64,000 nt of DNA from an uncultured delta proteobacterium. GTDB taxonomy: Bacteria; Myxococcota; Myxococcia; Myxococcales; Anaeromyxobacteraceae. The stretch spans positions 208,034 through 272,033 of the forward strand of contig CAWHDZ010000007.1 of NCBI GenBank assembly GCA_963828255.1, given 5' to 3'. This document shows positions 60,266-64,000 of this stretch, piece after piece (position 1 is the stretch's first letter; the number at the start of each line of letters is the position of its first letter). Made by a program: the position numbers and the translations under genes. Under the pieces are notes generated by a model, which made no database searches, was not told the origin of the DNA, and saw only the letters and a program-made list of their open reading frames with translations.

Positions 60266-60718
60266 TCACTCGACCTCCATCGGCTGGGCCGCGCTCTTCG
60301 CGGGAGCCGCGATGCGCCCTTCCAGGAAGGCCTTCGCCTCCTGGGGTGATTCCACGCACCGTGTCTGCGCCTTCCCGTCGGCGACACGTGCGAGCGTCAG
60401 GCTGTCGAAGCTCTCGTCGAGCTCGACCATCACCGCGCCGCGGGGCGTGACCGACACCGAGGGGGTGCTGCGGGCCGAGCGGTTCATCATGCCCTCGACC
60501 TGGCGGGCGAGTTCCTCGCGTTCGCGATGGGTCGGCTCGCGGAGCCGCCCTTCAGCGTCGACTGCGGCGGTCGTTCCGGTGGCGGTGACCTCGTGGTCGT
60601 CCGCGTCCTTGGCGTGAGCCGCGGTCTGCGCGACCGAGACCCCGGGCAGGAGAAGAAGCAGCGCGGCGACGACCCCGATGGGGGCACCGCCGATGAGGAT
60701 CCGGGAAAGTCGAACCAT
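60266..60718 (-). CDS. small exported protein upstream of the peptidase
   Basis: Signal peptide; VDAEGRLREPT motif; its 3' end carries the RBS of the peptidase. Confidence 0.72.
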   Translation of the reverse strand: MVRLSRILIGGAPIGVVAALLLLLPGVSVAQTAAHAKDADDHEVTATGTTAAVDAEGRLREPTHREREELARQVEGMMNRSARSTPSVSVTPRGAVMVELDESFDSLTLARVADGKAQTRCVESPQEAKAFLEGRIAAPAKSAAQPMEVE

Positions 60719-60849
60719 GGATGGAATTCCTTTCGGTCGCGGGAGGATGCAGCCTGGGACGGCAGCATCTATTCAGTCCCGAGTGGGGCGTTTCCATACC
60801 CAAACGAGACTAGACCCAAAAGGGTCCCAGGCCCCGCGGCGAAACGTTC

Positions 60850-61341
60850 TCAGTCCCCTGAGATCCCGTAGACCCGCTGGCGCTCGCCCTTCTCGTCGGT
60901 CCGGAAGGACGGGGGATTCTCCCCCGTGCCGGGGTCACCGTTCACGGTGGCGGAGAAGGAGGTGCGGAGGACCGCGTCCTGCAATCCCATCACGCCGGCA
61001 TCGACGACGACCCGTTGCGGGCCGTCGCGGTCGACCCGGACCTTCCAGCGAACCGTGCGCTCCTTCCCGGGCACGAGGCCGCGGAGTTCCACGCGGTGCG
61101 GGCCGGAGAGCAGCGTCATGCCCTTGGGAAGTCTCAATCTCACCTCCACCGCGTCGACGGGCCCGGAGGACCGGAGCGCCAGCGTGAGCGCGACGGTGCC
61201 GCCCGGGACGGCGGTGGACCTGGGCGGGGAGAGCGTGCCGCGCAGCGGAGCCTCCACCTCCGGCCGTGCCGTGCCCGGCGCCAGCGAGAAGCCGGCGCCG
61301 AGCAGCAAGGCGACGCGCGCCCAGCGGGCCGCGGAGCTCAC
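60850..61341 (-). CDS. small exported Ig-like protein
   Basis: GTGA overlap with the upstream stop; signal peptide; VRLRLPKGMTLLSG beta pattern. Confidence 0.65.
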   Translation of the reverse strand: MSSAARWARVALLLGAGFSLAPGTARPEVEAPLRGTLSPPRSTAVPGGTVALTLALRSSGPVDAVEVRLRLPKGMTLLSGPHRVELRGLVPGKERTVRWKVRVDRDGPQRVVVDAGVMGLQDAVLRTSFSATVNGDPGTGENPPSFRTDEKGERQRVYGISGD

Positions 61342-63743
61342 TTGCACGAGGCGAGTTCCGCGAAGTCGTAGCTCAGGCCAGCCAGTCCCTTCACGATCCC
61401 CCGAAGTCCGTGGGCGTCGTCCGCGCCGCGATCACCGAAGCCGAGGCACGACCAGCCGTCCAGGAAATCCACCAGGTCGCGGCCGGCCGCTCCGCGTTCC
61501 GCGAACTTGGCGTTGCCCGCCTTCAGGTAGGAGGTCAGGACCGTCCAGATGGCGGCGTTCTTGCCGGAGAGATCGTCCTTGTCCTCGTTCGTCGAGTCGA
61601 ACAGGTCGTAGAGGACCGCCGAGACCACCGCCTCGCTCACGTTTCCGGACAGCACGCCGCCGGTGTTTCCCGTCGGCACGTTGCCGGGGAGCGTCTCGAT
61701 GCTGAACGACACGCCCGGCCCGTCGGAGTTGATGGCGATGTAGGAGCTTCGTCGCTGCGAGGCCACGGCGAAGAAGGTGGCCCATCCCTCCGACCAGGCC
61801 AGGGTGGGACCGTCCCGTGTCCAGGGACCGTGATCCCCTCCGGGACTGTCATCCTTGCTGTAGGCGTCCAGCACGAAGTGGCCATACTCGTGCGCGATGA
61901 CCACGTCGTTGTACTCGCGCGGCTTGTCGGCATCCCCGTTCACGAAGATGCCCACCCCGGACTGGTAGTACGAGGTGTTGCCCAGGGGAGGGGACCTCCC
62001 GGCCTCCCACTTGATGACGAGCGCAGGTGGCGACCTGCCCGACTTGCCGTAGGTGTAGAGCGCACTGGCGAGGCCGACCTCGAAGATGTTGAGCGCCCCG
62101 GCGCCATCCGCCTTGCGGACGTCGACGTCGACCTGGAACGGTTGCCCGGGCGCGGTCGGCTGGGTCTCGTCGATCGCCGTCTCCGTCTTCTTCGGCTTGC
62201 GGAAGGCGTAGAGGGTTCCCGACAGGTCCTGCACCGACTGCTTGATGCCGGTGCTGTCCCTCTTCGCGAGCACGTTCACGTAGAACCCGGGCTCCTTGTC
62301 GTTCGCGAACGAGAGGTCGTACCTGCCCGCCGCGTCGGTGCTGCCCTCCGCCAGGACCACGTCGTCCTTGGCGCGGATCACCTGCACCGTGACGAAGCGG
62401 GACGGAACGAGATCTCCGGATCCGAAGCCGGCGTCGGTGACGGGGAAGTCCTCGTAGCGGACCGTCCCCACCACGCGCGAACCGCAGGTGGAGGTGAAGG
62501 TGGTCTCGTAGGCGGAGCCATCGGAAGCCAGGGAGAACGGGATCATCCTGGGCGAGTCGTTCCCGCAGTAGGTGATGGAGAGGGTTCCGCTCGCCCCGGC
62601 CGGACCGTTCTCGCTGCAAGGGGAGGCGAACATGTGCACCCGCACCGTGTACGCGCCATTGGGGGCCTGCCCCACGGGCCAGTAGATGTTCTCGTTGTTC
62701 ACTCCGTCGATGGAGCAACCGGCGTTGGAGTCGAGGTCGAGCCGCCCGCCGGACGGGGAGGTCGTGTTGCCGTAGTAGATCCGGGTTCCACCGGGCTCGG
62801 TGACGTGGAGGTCCACGTCGGTCGGGGTGTCCCAGGCGATCGAGACCTTGACCTCCCCGGTCTGCACCTGCCGGGGCGTGAGGGGGAACGTGAAGGCGGC
62901 GCCCACGCGCCCCAGGGCGTCCTCCAGCGCGACGAGGACGTCCACGGGACCGCTCGCGGCGGCGGCGAGCATCCGGCTCCGCTGCAAGCCCGCCGTGCGG
63001 GTGAAGAAGTCGGCGGCGAACCGGAGGTCGAACGACACCAGGCCGCCCGCGGGAGTCACCGGCACGTGGAAGTACCCGTCGTATCCGGGAACCTTCACCA
63101 GGGCCGCGCGAACCTCCTGCGCACCCGTGGAGCGGACCGTGTAGGTCGCCGTGGCGCCATTGATGAAGCCCGGGGGGCCATCGACCGCCGTCACCGTGGG
63201 ACCGGAGGACGGGGCCGGGAACTCCCCCAGCTCGTACACCCCCGCGTCGGCGGAGATGGGAGGGAGGTCGGGCGCGGTGGACTGGACCTCGAAGCGCGCC
63301 ATCCAGGTGCTGGTCGTGCCGCCCGCGAGGTGCGCCACCGCCGTCAGATCGCAGTATCCGTCGGCACCGGCGATTCCCGTCACCTCGAGCGGCGTCGCCG
63401 CGCCGGTCCTGGCGGACAGCGTGCCGCAGCCGCGTCCAGCGAGGGTGAGATCGATGCCGGTGGCCCCGGGTGCGGCGACGCGAACCCGTACGTCCTTCCC
63501 GGACAGGGGCCGCTCCGGGACGATGCTCAAGGGAGGTGGAGGCTGGACGCCTGCCGATTCCAGCGTTGCATCGTTGGAGGTGGTCCCGGGCAGTCCTCCT
63601 CCACCGGTTCCGCCACCCGGGCCGCCGCCGGTGTCACCACCGGTGCTCCCGCCTCCGCCACAACCGGTCGCGCAGATGGCGCTGGCGATCAAGGCGATGG
63701 TCGCCAGACTGCGACGAGTCCATGTTCCACGATCAGTCAACAT
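61338..63743 (-). CDS. lipoprotein with YfaP/DUF2135-like domain and C-terminal gluzincin-type metalloprotease domain
   Basis: Lipobox ATGC; WDTPTDVDLHVTEPGG...LDLDSN...NENIYW; IAHEYGH...AWSEGWATFFA. Confidence 0.82.
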   Translation of the reverse strand: MLTDRGTWTRRSLATIALIASAICATGCGGGGSTGGDTGGGPGGGTGGGGLPGTTSNDATLESAGVQPPPPLSIVPERPLSGKDVRVRVAAPGATGIDLTLAGRGCGTLSARTGAATPLEVTGIAGADGYCDLTAVAHLAGGTTSTWMARFEVQSTAPDLPPISADAGVYELGEFPAPSSGPTVTAVDGPPGFINGATATYTVRSTGAQEVRAALVKVPGYDGYFHVPVTPAGGLVSFDLRFAADFFTRTAGLQRSRMLAAAASGPVDVLVALEDALGRVGAAFTFPLTPRQVQTGEVKVSIAWDTPTDVDLHVTEPGGTRIYYGNTTSPSGGRLDLDSNAGCSIDGVNNENIYWPVGQAPNGAYTVRVHMFASPCSENGPAGASGTLSITYCGNDSPRMIPFSLASDGSAYETTFTSTCGSRVVGTVRYEDFPVTDAGFGSGDLVPSRFVTVQVIRAKDDVVLAEGSTDAAGRYDLSFANDKEPGFYVNVLAKRDSTGIKQSVQDLSGTLYAFRKPKKTETAIDETQPTAPGQPFQVDVDVRKADGAGALNIFEVGLASALYTYGKSGRSPPALVIKWEAGRSPPLGNTSYYQSGVGIFVNGDADKPREYNDVVIAHEYGHFVLDAYSKDDSPGGDHGPWTRDGPTLAWSEGWATFFAVASQRRSSYIAINSDGPGVSFSIETLPGNVPTGNTGGVLSGNVSEAVVSAVLYDLFDSTNEDKDDLSGKNAAIWTVLTSYLKAGNAKFAERGAAGRDLVDFLDGWSCLGFGDRGADDAHGLRGIVKGLAGLSYDFAELASCK

Positions 63744-64000
63744 GGTCGAGCCCCCCTGCCGGTGTACCGCCGCGCCGAAAGCGTACACGGCCCCACACGG
63801 CCCGACTCGTCCGGCACGGGTCCCCTCGAAGGAGCGCCCGCGCCCGGGGTGGGTGGCGCGCGCGGCCCTCTCGATGCTGCGATCCTGTCCCGTGGATGCT
63901 GGACAGGAGGGCCGATGCGGTCGGCCAGCCGGGCGGCCGGGAGGGCTCGCCCGGCTCGCGCTACCTCCGGAACCCGCCGCCCGGCGGCACGCTGCCGCCG

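Overview
High-GC bacterial DNA, most consistent with an Anaeromyxobacter-like Myxococcota/Desulfobacterota genome (inferred from gene content, not tested). The window has three parts. (1) Bases 452-36565 hold six co-oriented minus-strand lipoprotein multiheme c-type cytochrome genes, all built from one ~170-200 aa five-heme module (CxxCH, CxxCH, CX3-4CH, CxxCH, CxxCH plus five spare His). A ResB-like/CcsA/lipoprotein maturation trio sits in the middle of the array. Manual motif counts are about 47, 27, 14, 18, 60 and 110. The largest gene (23501-36565) is hidden in the ORF track by four single-base indels that sum to zero. It reconstructs to ~4354 aa with 20 modules in ~1.7-kb super-repeats, and it shares a near-identical ~3-kb 3' end and a sigma54-like promoter with its 60-heme neighbour. 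(2) Bases ~38.3-46.9 kb, just after a DUF1015 gene, are an integrative-element region. It contains a tyrosine integrase with a Zn-ribbon insert, an excisionase, a Replic_Relax protein and an RHH protein. It also has a lower-GC DUF1254/DUF1214 cassette flanked by inverted IS66-derived mini-elements, and a mixed toxin-antitoxin string. (3) Bases 47-64 kb encode mostly exported lipoproteins, beta-barrels and metallopeptidases. Scattered 1-bp indels suggest residual assembly error. All family names come from recognising motifs by eye; no searches were run.
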